DNA of 64,000 nt from a candidate division WWE3 bacterium (GTDB taxonomy: Bacteria > Patescibacteriota > WWE3 > UBA101185 > UBA10185), in NCBI GenBank assembly GCA_052035175.1, contig JBPOHV010000001.1, positions 366,773 through 430,772 on the forward strand. The letters are read 5' to 3'. Within the stretch, counting starts at the first letter, position 1. Each line of letters begins with the position of its first letter. The translations under genes and the position numbers were made by a program. Shown here piece by piece: positions 20,660 to 31,209 of the stretch. The notes beneath the pieces were generated by a model. It was not told the DNA's origin. It was given only the letters and a program-made list of their open reading frames with translations, and did no database searches.

Positions 20660-21553
20660 ATGGATTATCATAAGCCAGTATTATTGGCAGAAAGTCTAGG
20701 GTTTCTCCAGGTGTCTCCAGGAGACTCCTTTATAGATGCAACGCTTGGTGATGCAGGACATACAATTGAAATTTTGAAATTGGGTGGAAAAGTTTGGGGT
20801 TTTGATGTAGATGCAGAAGCTCTGCAAAGAGCTACGGCAAGAATCGAAAGCCTTGGTTTAAGTAAAAACTTTGTAGGTGTTAACGAGAACTTTAAAAATA
20901 TAGATGCTATTGCTACTCAAATGAACATTGGTCTCGTAAATGGGATCATATTTGACCTTGGGTATAGCTCATATCAGTTGGATGATGCACAGATGGGTTT
21001 GACCTTTTTGCAAGATCAGCCACTGGATATGCGCTTGGACAAAAAGAATTTGAGCGTCACGGCTGCTGATTTGGTAAATATGTTACCTGAAAAGCAACTG
21101 AGTTCCTTGATAAGGGGCTTTTCTGATGAAAAATTTGCAAACAAGATTGCGCATGCAATAGTTGAACGTCGTAAGGTGGAGAAGCTGCAGACAACAATGC
21201 AACTAAAAAGACTCATTGAGTCTGCGACTTCTCCAGGTTATGAGCACGGTCGTATTAATCCAGCTACGCGGACTTTTCAAGCTCTGCGCATCGCTGTAAA
21301 TGACGAACTAGGTAATCTGGAAACGTCACTGCCTCGGGCTGCGCGATTGTTACTGCCTGGCGGAAGAATGTTGGTTATAAGCTTTCATTCTTTGGAGGAC
21401 AAAGTGGTCAAAGATTTTGGTCACTCCGCGCAGCCCATGATAAATATTGTGACCAAAAAACCGGTCGTAGCTACAGAGACCGAAGTACGTGAAAATAATC
21501 GCTCTCGTAGTGCAAAATTACGAGTTTTTGAAAAAACAAATGAAAAATATTAA
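20660..21553 (+). CDS. rsmH: 16S rRNA m4C1402 methyltransferase
   Basis: HKPVL, DLGYSS.Q, PLDMR, ATRTFQALRIAVN, SFHSLED, SRSAKLR. Confidence 0.97.
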   Translation: MDYHKPVLLAESLGFLQVSPGDSFIDATLGDAGHTIEILKLGGKVWGFDVDAEALQRATARIESLGLSKNFVGVNENFKNIDAIATQMNIGLVNGIIFDLGYSSYQLDDAQMGLTFLQDQPLDMRLDKKNLSVTAADLVNMLPEKQLSSLIRGFSDEKFANKIAHAIVERRKVEKLQTTMQLKRLIESATSPGYEHGRINPATRTFQALRIAVNDELGNLETSLPRAARLLLPGGRMLVISFHSLEDKVVKDFGHSAQPMINIVTKKPVVATETEVRENNRSRSAKLRVFEKTNEKY

Positions 21554-21875
21554 ATTTAAATCGCGAATATCTTCAGAATCTAAATACCCCAAAGTATTTG
21601 TGTTTTCACTTGGCTTTTTTATTCTGAGCCTAACTTTGCAAGTAATCTTCTCAAATTTTATTGCAGTTAAGTCTTCACAACTTACCGAACAATATGCAAA
21701 GAAAACAGCTTTAGAAAAAGAAATAGCTGCAATGGAATATCAAGATTCAGTTTTGTCTTCGCTTAGTAATGTAGAAGAAAGGGCTTTAGCCTTGGGATTT
21801 TCGACATTTAATCAAAACGTTATAGCTTTAAACATTTCTTTGCCCAATACTTTGGCTTCTGCTGGCCTAAGATGA
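21540..21875 (+). CDS. ftsL: Cell division protein FtsL-like
   Basis: Single TM plus coiled coil ending ERALALGF, between rsmH and the PBP gene. Confidence 0.75.
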   Translation: MKNIKFKSRISSESKYPKVFVFSLGFFILSLTLQVIFSNFIAVKSSQLTEQYAKKTALEKEIAAMEYQDSVLSSLSNVEERALALGFSTFNQNVIALNISLPNTLASAGLR

Positions 21876-23659
21876 TCAGAAAACTTTCCGATAAAAACAA
21901 CTTAAATGCGTGTGATTCTAGAATTAATTTATTTTTGTATGTAAGTATTTTTGGCTTTTTTATTCTTTTTTTGCGTTTAGTTTATATACAGATTATTTTA
22001 CATAAAGATCTCGAAGCAGAAGCATTGGATCAACATTGGGCTTTGCAGGATATTCCAGCAAAACGTGGAAGTATTATTACAAGTGATGGTTATACTTTGG
22101 CTGGAACACAAACGCATTACTTACTCTACGCTGAACCAAAAACAATACAAGATCGTGAAGCTGTAGTAAAAGCTTTGACTGCAAATCTGAGTGAGTATAG
22201 AAAAGATGTAAAGCTAGAAATTTCATTAGAAGAATATTTTGAAACTAAAATAAATAGAGCATTGTCGCAAGATCTGTTATGGGTAGCTTTAGAACACAAT
22301 ATTACGCCTTCACAAAAAGTAGAACTAGAAAATCTTAATATAAAAGGTCTTGGTTTTGTAGAAGAACCAGTAAGATATTATCCAGAAGGCTCGATGGCTT
22401 CTCATGTGCTTGGTTTTGTTGCTAGCGACGAACGCGGCGAGAAAAAAGGGTATTTTGGTATCGAAGGTAAATTGGATCAAGAGCTGAAAGGCAAACCGGG
22501 TAAAATTTTACAAGAAAAAGATGCCTTGGGGTTACCAATTTTAACTGGTGGTTATGAAAAGAGTTCTTCTATTGCAGGTCGAGATATAGTTTTAACTTTA
22601 AATAGATCTATACAATATATGGTAGAGAAGCGATTGAAAGAAAGTGTAGAAAAGTATGATGCAGTTTCTGGGACAGTCATAGTAATGGACCCCTTTTCAG
22701 GAAATATATTGGCTATGGCAAATTATCCAAACTATATGCCTGATGACTTTTTATCTCATGAAGAAGTTTTAGAAGATTCTCCTCATCGAAAAAATATAGA
22801 AAAGCGGAATCTGGCTATTTCTGATACGTATGAACCTGGATCGGTTATAAAGCCAATAACAGTGTCAACTGCTCTGGATAAGGGTTTGGTAACACCTTTG
22901 TCTACGTTTAATGATGAAGGGCCAGTTAAGTATTCTGATTATGTCATCGACAATTGGGACGGCAAACATCATGGAGTACAAAATATTATTCAGCTTCTTC
23001 AAAAATCAAATAATATTGGCGCAGCTTGGGTGGGAAGTTTGGTAGGCGCTAAAGATTTGTATGACTCTTTTAAAAAATTTGGTCTAGATGAAAAAACTGG
23101 TATAGAGCTTGAAGGAGAAGATTCTGGTGTATTTCGTGATCCAAAAATATGGACTGACATAGATATTGCTACAGTTGCTTTTGGTCAAGGTATGTCATCT
23201 ACGCCATTGCAAGTTTTGAATGCGTTTAATGTGGTAGCCAATGGTGGTTATTTGGTGCAACCTAGAATTGTTCATAAAATACTAGATGGTGATAAAGAAA
23301 TTGTTACATCTGTAAAGCAAATTCGTCAGGTTATTTCGGAACAAACTTCTGTACAAATGATTGATCTATTGACTCAAGCCGCCGAAGGCGGCGAGGCAAA
23401 GTATTTTGTTCTCAAAAATTATAAGGTTGCTGGCAAAACTGGGACTGCGCAAATCCCTTTTGAAGGTAAATACGACCCTACAAAGACAAATGCTACTTTT
23501 GTGGGATTTCTACCTACATCAAAGAAGTTTTCAATGTTAGTAAAACTTCAAGAACCTAGAGCAAGTATTTATGCAGCCGAAACTGCCGCACCATTGTGGA
23601 TGAGTATTGCTTCAGATTTGATTAATTATTATGGACTTCCTCCTGATTCGACTCAGTAG
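21872..23659 (+). CDS. ftsI: Class B penicillin-binding protein (FtsI-like)
   Basis: RGSI, RYYP, YEPGSVIK (SxxK), SNN and KTGTAQ. Confidence 0.9.
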   Translation: MIRKLSDKNNLNACDSRINLFLYVSIFGFFILFLRLVYIQIILHKDLEAEALDQHWALQDIPAKRGSIITSDGYTLAGTQTHYLLYAEPKTIQDREAVVKALTANLSEYRKDVKLEISLEEYFETKINRALSQDLLWVALEHNITPSQKVELENLNIKGLGFVEEPVRYYPEGSMASHVLGFVASDERGEKKGYFGIEGKLDQELKGKPGKILQEKDALGLPILTGGYEKSSSIAGRDIVLTLNRSIQYMVEKRLKESVEKYDAVSGTVIVMDPFSGNILAMANYPNYMPDDFLSHEEVLEDSPHRKNIEKRNLAISDTYEPGSVIKPITVSTALDKGLVTPLSTFNDEGPVKYSDYVIDNWDGKHHGVQNIIQLLQKSNNIGAAWVGSLVGAKDLYDSFKKFGLDEKTGIELEGEDSGVFRDPKIWTDIDIATVAFGQGMSSTPLQVLNAFNVVANGGYLVQPRIVHKILDGDKEIVTSVKQIRQVISEQTSVQMIDLLTQAAEGGEAKYFVLKNYKVAGKTGTAQIPFEGKYDPTKTNATFVGFLPTSKKFSMLVKLQEPRASIYAAETAAPLWMSIASDLINYYGLPPDSTQ

Positions 23660-24659
23660 TTGGCAGCGGTTGTGGTATGTTATTTAAATAATCGCTTAAT
23701 TCTTTTGAAAATTTAGTAAATCCATCTGGCTGTTCATCTAATACCCACGCACCACCATAGTTTTCCATTGGTGGATTAAAGACATAGTCACCATCTAGGA
23801 AAAATGACTGAATTTCATATTTATCTTTGTCTTTATAAAAATCCCATAGGTATTTTGCATCATCAAGCTGTAAGTTAGTGTCCATCTTATTGGTAGTGAC
23901 CATTGTTAATGCTTTCTCAACATTCATAGGATTAAACAAGCTTTGTGGTTGGACGACTGCCTGGAGCATCCCTTTTAAAATAAGATGCTGGCGTTTCATA
24001 CGCATCCAATCGCTACCCTCCCCGTTATTGCCTTTGCGTGATCTTGCATAAATCAATGCCTTTTCACCAGTTAAAACCGTAGGTCCTTGTATAAAATTAA
24101 TGGTTTGATAACCATGTGTTGCGTCGACAGGGTATTGTGTATCTGTAAATGATGTTTCTACAGTAACAGGCACCCCTCCCATAGAGTCTACTATCCAGGA
24201 GAAATCTGCAAAATCAGTCAGGACAAATTTTTGTGGTCGTATTCCTGTAAACTTTTCAAAAGCGTCTTGCATACCTATAAAGTCTTCGGCTACATATACG
24301 GCATTGATCCTACCGCTGTGGTACCACAGATCTCGTGGCACTGATACCATAGCGACTTTATTAGTTTTTTTATTTACTATCAGCGAAATCATTATATCTG
24401 TGCGATATGCTGTTTCTTCACGACTGCGACGATCTATACCGAGCAAAAGTATATTTATAATATCGTTGTTAGCGAGTTCTGAGTTTGGCTTGGGTTGTAT
24501 TGGCGTTTTTAGCTCGTCAACGGCTGCTACTAGTTTATTAGCAAATGGGCTAATGATTTCGGCAGTGGCGTTTTGCTGAGTTTGTTTAACATATATCCAA
24601 GTACCACCTAATATAAGCGTCACGATAAGAAGCGCGATCAGTAGTGTTTTTAAACCCAT
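23622..24659 (-). CDS. LytR-CpsA-Psr (LCP) family protein
   Basis: NILLLGID, RTD, SVPRDL, YARSR, D..R..RQ. Confidence 0.92.
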   Translation of the reverse strand: MGLKTLLIALLIVTLILGGTWIYVKQTQQNATAEIISPFANKLVAAVDELKTPIQPKPNSELANNDIINILLLGIDRRSREETAYRTDIMISLIVNKKTNKVAMVSVPRDLWYHSGRINAVYVAEDFIGMQDAFEKFTGIRPQKFVLTDFADFSWIVDSMGGVPVTVETSFTDTQYPVDATHGYQTINFIQGPTVLTGEKALIYARSRKGNNGEGSDWMRMKRQHLILKGMLQAVVQPQSLFNPMNVEKALTMVTTNKMDTNLQLDDAKYLWDFYKDKDKYEIQSFFLDGDYVFNPPMENYGGAWVLDEQPDGFTKFSKELSDYLNNIPQPLPTTESNQEEVHNN

Positions 24660-24838
24660 TTAAAAATTGTACGCCACCTCTGTGTAGTCCAACAAGTGCG
24701 AAGTCTAACTCCTAACTTAGCAGTCACTATTTGGTCACATAGTAGGGACATGGTAACAGAGCCTATAGTATATGATAAATTTAACAATTTAACTTAGTCA
24801 GCCTTTATAGGCTGACTTAAAACTATAGGAGAAATCTC

Positions 24839-25087
24839 ATGCTATCTGAAATCGCAACAAAAATGCTCCGGAGCGGAAATCCACTCCAAATGACTACAGC
24901 TGTCATTCTCGTAATGGATGAGCTGTATAGCGCATTGCGCGACCTGCAGAAAAAGGAACACCTTTCAAGTAAAGTTCTTTTGGGATTTGCAAAGCAGCAA
25001 TTGCAGATTGCAGACGCCCTTGGATTTACTGTCCACAGTTGTCGTGTCACTCCCTTAGAAGCATCGGATCCCGTATCCGAACAATAA
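24839..25087 (+). CDS. Small hypothetical protein (82 aa), SD-led, in a structured context
   Basis: AGGAG about 7 nt before the ATG. Upstream hairpin AGTCAGCCT-TTAT-AGGCTGACT; several hairpins downstream. Confidence 0.6.
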   Translation: MLSEIATKMLRSGNPLQMTTAVILVMDELYSALRDLQKKEHLSSKVLLGFAKQQLQIADALGFTVHSCRVTPLEASDPVSEQ

Positions 25088-25090
25088 ACT

Positions 25091-25231
25091 GTTTGAGCTG
25101 CCTATACGACAGCTTAGCAAGGTATTAACATACAGTTAGTCCGATAAGTTTACTTATCAGATTTTCCGAAACCTTGCCATTTCAAAATGACTTACCGCGT
25201 ACCTCGGATCTGTCCTTGATAGGGACAGTCC
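25091..25231 (+). other. Predicted multi-hairpin structured region 3' of the 82-aa ORF
   Basis: TGAGCTG…CAGCTTA; GCAAGGT…ACCTTGC enclosing GATAAG-TTTA-CTTATC; GGA-T-CTGTCCTT-GAT-AGGGACAG-TCC (25206-25231). Confidence 0.5.
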
Positions 25232-25640
25232 TTTGAATCATATGTACCTCTTTTAGTTAGTAAAGAAAATATTTTTCTGGTCTTAATATTGTTATTTACA
25301 CTAATTAACCTTAACGATTATTCGGAAGATCTGTTCTGTATTCTCATAAACTGTTATGTTGTTTTCTAGGCGGTATAAGAATTATTCATAAGCTTTATCG
25401 TCATCAACTTGTTTAGGTATTTAGCTTTTTTGTTAGTTTGCAGCTTGTTTTATCTGCATCTACATATGTACTTGTAAAACTATGGGCATAATGCCTATTT
25501 ATAAGAATTTCCATAGATATCACATATCGATTTAGATTTACAAAAGGTACAGATCTATAGAAGTACAGTACTTGGTGAGGACAGATCCCTTAGCAGAATC
25601 CCCTCTTGCATGGGGGAAAGCATTTGTGTACCATCTATGT

Positions 25641-26048
25641 ATGCCAGGTGGAAAAAAAATATTAATAGTAGAAGACGATGTGAATTTTTATAACTTAGTT
25701 CGTACAGCTCTTGAACTTAAGGGCTATAACATAGTACATGTTTCAAACGGTATGGAAGCTGTATCTCGTATAAGAGAAGAAATGCCAGACTTAGTTCTCT
25801 TGGATATTGTTATGCCAGGAGCAAGTGGTCTAGACATTTTACAAGAATTGAAAGGTACAGATGATACTAAAGGTTTGAAAGTTGTAATGCTTACAAACTT
25901 TGGAACTGATGAAAATGTTAATAGAGCGATGGGATTAGGAGCAGAAGACTATTTTATGAAATATAACGTAGTGCCCACGGAACTTCCAGATAAAATAGCG
26001 ACATATTTGGGAGAGGTACCGTCTTCTGGAGTATCAGTAACGAACTAA
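25641..26048 (+). CDS. Single-domain (CheY-like) response regulator
   Basis: ILIVEDD, PDLVLLDIVMP, MLTN and the conserved K. TACCAT lies 6 nt before the ATG at 25641. Confidence 0.92.
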   Translation: MPGGKKILIVEDDVNFYNLVRTALELKGYNIVHVSNGMEAVSRIREEMPDLVLLDIVMPGASGLDILQELKGTDDTKGLKVVMLTNFGTDENVNRAMGLGAEDYFMKYNVVPTELPDKIATYLGEVPSSGVSVTN

Positions 26049-26057
26049 AAACAACGA

Positions 26058-26846
26058 ATGGATTTCATAACTGCCTTATTGACAATACAGACGTTAGTCA
26101 TTGGATTGCTTATATTCGTAATTGTGTTCGTTTTGAATCATCCTTCATATAAAAACTATAAAAAACACGATCGCGAACGTGATCAATTTATTGCCATGCT
26201 TGTACATGAGTTGCGCTCACCTTTGTCTATCATTCGAGGTTCTTGTGACCTTTTGGTTAAAGAGGCATACAATCTTTCTCAAGATCAAATTAAAAACATG
26301 CTTAATCAGTTAGGTGATTCTGCAAAGTTGATGCTAGATATTGTGAACGATCTACTTGATGTATCCAAAATTGAGTCTGGAAAATTCGAAATTTTGAAAG
26401 AAGCTGGTGATCTAAATAATATTATAAAAGAAGAAGCTGGTTATTTTTCTGTTTTAGCCGATAAGAAAAGCATTAAACTTAATGTTTTTCTAGATTCGAG
26501 TATTTCATCGTGTAAATTTGATACAGAGCGTTTAAAACAAGTAATGAACAATCTTTTATCAAATGCTATCAAGTTTACAGATACTGAAGGTGTAGTTATT
26601 GTTAGTAGTAAAAAAGTTGGGTCTTCTGCCCGCATAGAAGTAGCTGATACTGGTATTGGCGTACCTCCAGAACAAAAAGTAAAACTGTTTCACAAATTTT
26701 CTCAAATACCCAATGGCACACATGAGAAAGGTACCGGTTTGGGGCTTGTTGTAGCCAAAGGGATTGTCGAGGCACATGGTGGGAAGATTTGGGTTGAAGA
26801 CAACCAACCAAAGGGCTCTAAGTTTGTTTTTACACTTCCCTTATAA
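26058..26846 (+). CDS. Histidine kinase (one TM, no obvious sensor domain)
   Basis: HELRSPL, NLLSNAIKFT, DTGIG, GTGLGL. Confidence 0.93.
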   Translation: MDFITALLTIQTLVIGLLIFVIVFVLNHPSYKNYKKHDRERDQFIAMLVHELRSPLSIIRGSCDLLVKEAYNLSQDQIKNMLNQLGDSAKLMLDIVNDLLDVSKIESGKFEILKEAGDLNNIIKEEAGYFSVLADKKSIKLNVFLDSSISSCKFDTERLKQVMNNLLSNAIKFTDTEGVVIVSSKKVGSSARIEVADTGIGVPPEQKVKLFHKFSQIPNGTHEKGTGLGLVVAKGIVEAHGGKIWVEDNQPKGSKFVFTLPL

Positions 26847-26912
26847 TACATTCACAAATTTTAATAGATATTCTGCTAGACAATATAACTTAATTGCTAG
26901 TATCATCTACGT

Positions 26913-29171
26913 ATGAATAAAAAGACTGCCCATGTACTTTGGTTCGAACATATTCGAAAAACTGATATCCCACTCGTCGGGGGTAAAGGTGCAAATTTAG
27001 GCGAGATGTACCATGCTGGTATACCAGTACCAAATGGTTTTGTTGTAACTGCTAAAGCTTATTTTGACTTTCTGAAAACTACATCATTGCGAAAAAAAAT
27101 ATTGTCTGAAATATCAGGACTTGATGTCAACGACTCAAAAAAGTTGCAACAAGCTTCAAAGAATATCAAGACAGCTATTTTGGCGGCAAAAATGCCTGAA
27201 TCTTTGGAAGAAGAGATAAAAGCGCATTATCATGAATTATCAGGCGAGTACGATAAATTTGTTGCAGTTAGATCTTCTGCTACTGCGGAAGATTTACCCG
27301 ATGCGTCATTTGCAGGTCAACAAGAAACATATTTGAATATTAAGTCGGGTGTTGAAGTTGTAAAAAATGTTCAAAAATGCTGGGCTTCTTTATTTGAATC
27401 TCGTGCAATTTTTTATCGTACAGAAAAAGGATTTAGCCATTTTAAAATTGGTATAGCAGTTCCTGTACAATTGATGGTGCAGTCAGAAGTCTCTGGCATA
27501 ATGTTTACAGTCAACCCGCTAACAAATAGCCGTTCTGAGATTTCGATAGAGGCTGCTTATGGTTTGGGTCAACCAATAGTTTCTGGTGAGTTAACGCCAG
27601 ATCAATATTTGGTCAGTAAAAATACATGGGATATTTCGTATAAACATGTTGTTCCTCAAACATGGCAATTTGTCGGTACAAAAAAAGCTCCTGTTTCAAA
27701 AAAATATCAAAAAGAACAAAAGCTTGATGATAAGTTGATAGTACAATTAGCAAAGCTTGGGAAAAAAGTTGAAGATCACTACAATCACCCGCAAGATATG
27801 GAATGGGGACTTGAAAACAACAAATTATATGTTGTGCAAGCTCGCCCTGTTACTACACTAAATATTCCTACGCAAAGACATTTCTATGCATTAGATCCAT
27901 CAAAAGTTGGCAATCTATTATTAGAAGGTTTGTCTGCATCTCCTGGAATTGCGTCTGGTCCAGTTAGAATTATTAAAAACGCTAGCCAAATAAATGAAGT
28001 TTTAGATGGTGAGGTTTTAGTAGCTTCTATGACTAATCCCGACTATGTTCCCGCTATGAAGCGTGCACGCGCTATAGTTACTGACCTTGGAGGCAAAACA
28101 AGTCATGCTGCCATAGTAAGTAGAGAGTTGGGCGTACCAGCGGTAGTAGGAACTGAACAAGCTACAAAAGTACTACGTACTGGTGAAGTAATAACAATTG
28201 ATGGCTCGACTGGAAGAGTATACGAAGGAGATATTACTATTGAAGATAAAAATGCCGAAAAAGGCATGGATACAAGTACACTAAAAACAGCTACAAAAGT
28301 ATACGTTAACTTAGCAGAACCAGAATTAGCTGCTATTCAAGCTGCAAAGAATGTAGACGGTGTTGGTTTACTGCGAGCAGAATTTATAATTGCAAATATT
28401 GGTACGCATCCAAAAAAATACATCAAAGATGGGAAGTCAAAAGAATTCACAGATAAATTGGCCGAAGGTCTAGCCGAGTTTGCTAGAGAATTTAACCCGC
28501 GTCCGGTTGTATATCGTTTTACCGATTTTAAAACCAACGAATATGCTTCATTAAAAGGCGGGAGTGAATTTGAACATGAAGAACCAAATCCATTGATTGG
28601 TTACAGAGGTACTGGGCGTTATCTAGAAGACCCAGATGTTTTTAGATTAGAAATTGAAGCAATCAAACATGTACGAAATAAATTGGGGTACAAAAATCTT
28701 TGGGTAATGTTGCCTTTTGTTCGCACTATCACACAATTGCGAGAAGCAAAGAAGCTCATGGCGGCACATGGTTTGCGCAGAGGTGGGTTGTTTAAAGTAT
28801 GGATGATGGTAGAAATACCCTCCAATGTTTTAATGCTTGATGAATTTTTGAACGAAGGCATTGATGGTGTTTCTATAGGTACAAATGATTTAACCATGTT
28901 GATTTTGGGTGTAGATAGAGACAACCCACAAGTTGCTCATATATACAACGAACTCGATCCTGCCGTTTTGATGGCGCTGGAAAAAATAGTTACTACTTGC
29001 AGAAAACGCAAGGTAACGTGCTCTATGTGCGGTCAGGCTCCATCTCAGTATCCTGAGCTTGTTAAAATGTTGGTTGAGTGGGGAATAACTTCTATGTCTG
29101 TTTCACCAGACGTTATAGATAAAACTAGAGCTGTTGTTTATGAAATGGAAAAGAAAGTTAAACGCAAATAA
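26913..29171 (+). CDS. ppsA: Phosphoenolpyruvate synthase
   Basis: GGKGANLGEM, VRSSATAED, TSHAAIVSRELG, GLLRAEF, SIGTNDLT. Confidence 0.97.
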   Translation: MNKKTAHVLWFEHIRKTDIPLVGGKGANLGEMYHAGIPVPNGFVVTAKAYFDFLKTTSLRKKILSEISGLDVNDSKKLQQASKNIKTAILAAKMPESLEEEIKAHYHELSGEYDKFVAVRSSATAEDLPDASFAGQQETYLNIKSGVEVVKNVQKCWASLFESRAIFYRTEKGFSHFKIGIAVPVQLMVQSEVSGIMFTVNPLTNSRSEISIEAAYGLGQPIVSGELTPDQYLVSKNTWDISYKHVVPQTWQFVGTKKAPVSKKYQKEQKLDDKLIVQLAKLGKKVEDHYNHPQDMEWGLENNKLYVVQARPVTTLNIPTQRHFYALDPSKVGNLLLEGLSASPGIASGPVRIIKNASQINEVLDGEVLVASMTNPDYVPAMKRARAIVTDLGGKTSHAAIVSRELGVPAVVGTEQATKVLRTGEVITIDGSTGRVYEGDITIEDKNAEKGMDTSTLKTATKVYVNLAEPELAAIQAAKNVDGVGLLRAEFIIANIGTHPKKYIKDGKSKEFTDKLAEGLAEFAREFNPRPVVYRFTDFKTNEYASLKGGSEFEHEEPNPLIGYRGTGRYLEDPDVFRLEIEAIKHVRNKLGYKNLWVMLPFVRTITQLREAKKLMAAHGLRRGGLFKVWMMVEIPSNVLMLDEFLNEGIDGVSIGTNDLTMLILGVDRDNPQVAHIYNELDPAVLMALEKIVTTCRKRKVTCSMCGQAPSQYPELVKMLVEWGITSMSVSPDVIDKTRAVVYEMEKKVKRK

Positions 29172-29183
29172 AACTTTCATTTT

Positions 29184-30419
29184 ATGCCCAAAATTGAATC
29201 AATAACATGTCACAAGATATTGAATAGTCGCGGTGATTGGACAATTTCTACAAAAGTTACACTAGACAACGGTGCATTTGGTGAACAAACAATTCCTGAA
29301 GGAGCTTCAAAGGGTGAGCACGAAGCCGCTTTCATTCCTGTAGAAAAAGCTATTGATGTAGTTTCTACTGCTTTAAACGATGCTATGTATGGCAAAGATC
29401 CATTTGATCAAAAAGGTATCGATGATTATTTAATTCGATTAGATGGAACCAAAAACAAGTCTCATTTAGGCGGAAACAGTATTTTGTCTGTTTCATTGGC
29501 AACAGCTAGGGCGTGCGCAATGTCTGAAGAACAAGAGCTTTATATGTATTTGGCCAAAGTTTTTGACAATAAGCTTTTGGATAACGACAATGTAACTTTT
29601 CCAACTCCGATTTTTAATATTCTCAATGGCGGTAAACACGCGCATAATAATCTGTCATTTCAAGAATTTATGGTGATTCCAGCGATGAAGTATTCTTATG
29701 ATAAAGCATTGCAAATTGGTGTCGACGTCTACCATTTGTTACAAAAATTGTTGATTAAGTATAACTTAGATACTGATGTCGGTGATGAAGGGGGTTTTGC
29801 TCCAAATGGTTTAAATGTTACTACTGCGCTCGATTACATCAAATTGGCTGCGATGCAAAAATATACGCCAGGTAAAGACGTTTTTTTTGGGATGGATATC
29901 GCTGCTGAATCTTTTTATGATAAAGATACAAAGCATTATGTCTTAAAAGAAGAAAGTGCCCATTTGCCCGGCGATTTGCTTTTGGCAAAATATATAGAGC
30001 TTTTGAATAAGTATGAAATCATTTATCTAGAAGACCCGTTTTATGAAAATGACTTGGATATGTGGAAAAAAGCGATGCATGCGCTTGATCACAAATTATT
30101 TGTGTGCGGTGATGACCTTGTTGTGACTAATCCAGTCTTTTTACAAAAAATTATTCAGCGCAAGCTTGCGAATTGTGTCATCGTCAAACCGAATCAAGTT
30201 GGCACTTTGTCAGAGACCTTTGAATTTATAAAGAATGCACAAGCTGCAAATATGAGTATTGTTGTATCTCATCGCAGTGGAGATACTGGTGAAGATACTT
30301 TTATTGCAGATCTTGCAGTAGCCGTGGGTGCTCAATTTATGAAGTCAGGTGCCCCTGTGCGCGGTGAGCGCGTGGTCAAATACAACAGGCTGTTAGATAT
30401 TTACAACGATTTTCATTGA
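29184..30419 (+). CDS. eno: Enolase
   Basis: NILNGGKH, GDEGGFAP, KPNQVG, SHRSG, ERVVKYNRLL. Confidence 0.96.
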   Translation: MPKIESITCHKILNSRGDWTISTKVTLDNGAFGEQTIPEGASKGEHEAAFIPVEKAIDVVSTALNDAMYGKDPFDQKGIDDYLIRLDGTKNKSHLGGNSILSVSLATARACAMSEEQELYMYLAKVFDNKLLDNDNVTFPTPIFNILNGGKHAHNNLSFQEFMVIPAMKYSYDKALQIGVDVYHLLQKLLIKYNLDTDVGDEGGFAPNGLNVTTALDYIKLAAMQKYTPGKDVFFGMDIAAESFYDKDTKHYVLKEESAHLPGDLLLAKYIELLNKYEIIYLEDPFYENDLDMWKKAMHALDHKLFVCGDDLVVTNPVFLQKIIQRKLANCVIVKPNQVGTLSETFEFIKNAQAANMSIVVSHRSGDTGEDTFIADLAVAVGAQFMKSGAPVRGERVVKYNRLLDIYNDFH

Positions 30420-30497
30420 AGAGTTTCTACTTTTGCAGTCTTGTTGTTTCCAGCTTTTACCTGTTCTATCTGATATGGTTCTGTGTCTATTAATTTA

Positions 30498-31181
30498 TCA
30501 AATTTCATATGCTAAATAGTCTTGTCCTAATGGGGTCTCTACTGTTGCGGTTTCATCGTCAGACAAATGCTCGAAATAACGTCTGAAGCCTCTTATAGAA
30601 TTTCCATGGCATGAAACAGCTACATTGACTTTTGTATTTTTCATAAGTGGAACGATTTCATCGCAAAATTCTGCTACACGTTGGCATACGGCTTCGATAC
30701 TCTCGCCATCTTTTACAGCATATGTAAAAGAGCGTCTGATCATTTCTAATTTATCTGGGTCTTCTAAATAAAATTCTAGTTTACTTTTACCTTGCAATTC
30801 ACCATAGCTTCTTTCTCTTATTCTTTTATCTGTATTAATTTCGAGCGTCCAGGCATGTTCATTTTGAGATATTGCATGTTTCATAGTATCTATAGCCCGC
30901 GATTGAGGTGAAGAGATTAGCATATCTATTTTTTTATTAGATAATTTTGGAGCTAGTACTAAAGCTTGGTCTATACCTTTTTTAGTCAATCCTGGTTCAC
31001 GCCAACCGCTAAAAATAAAGTTTGCGTTGTCTTCGGTTTGGCCGTGTCTAAATATATAAAGAATTGGACGATTAGAAGACTCAAATTTTGGAAGCGGTTC
31101 TACATGTCTATAGCTCAAATAATCTATGGCTTTATCGACTGTTTCTTTTCCATATTTCTCGTAAAATGGCATTAGATCCAT
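30498..31181 (-). CDS. gpmA: 2,3-BPG-dependent phosphoglycerate mutase (histidine phosphatase family)
   Basis: RHGQT, FSGW, ERSYGELQG, HGNSIR; adjacent to eno. Confidence 0.85.
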   Translation of the reverse strand: MDLMPFYEKYGKETVDKAIDYLSYRHVEPLPKFESSNRPILYIFRHGQTEDNANFIFSGWREPGLTKKGIDQALVLAPKLSNKKIDMLISSPQSRAIDTMKHAISQNEHAWTLEINTDKRIRERSYGELQGKSKLEFYLEDPDKLEMIRRSFTYAVKDGESIEAVCQRVAEFCDEIVPLMKNTKVNVAVSCHGNSIRGFRRYFEHLSDDETATVETPLGQDYLAYEI

Positions 31182-31209
31182 GCATATATGGTATCATTTC
31201 TTTTATATT

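Noticed and set aside
25140-25180. Hammerhead-like core (CCGATAAG…GAAAC)
   Set aside because: It does not match CUGANGA, and the segment pairs with itself (GATAAG/CTTATC). The three-stem junction cannot be built.
24780-25250. Retron msr/msd
   Set aside because: No reverse transcriptase is nearby and no clear a1/a2 inverted repeat with a branching G was found.
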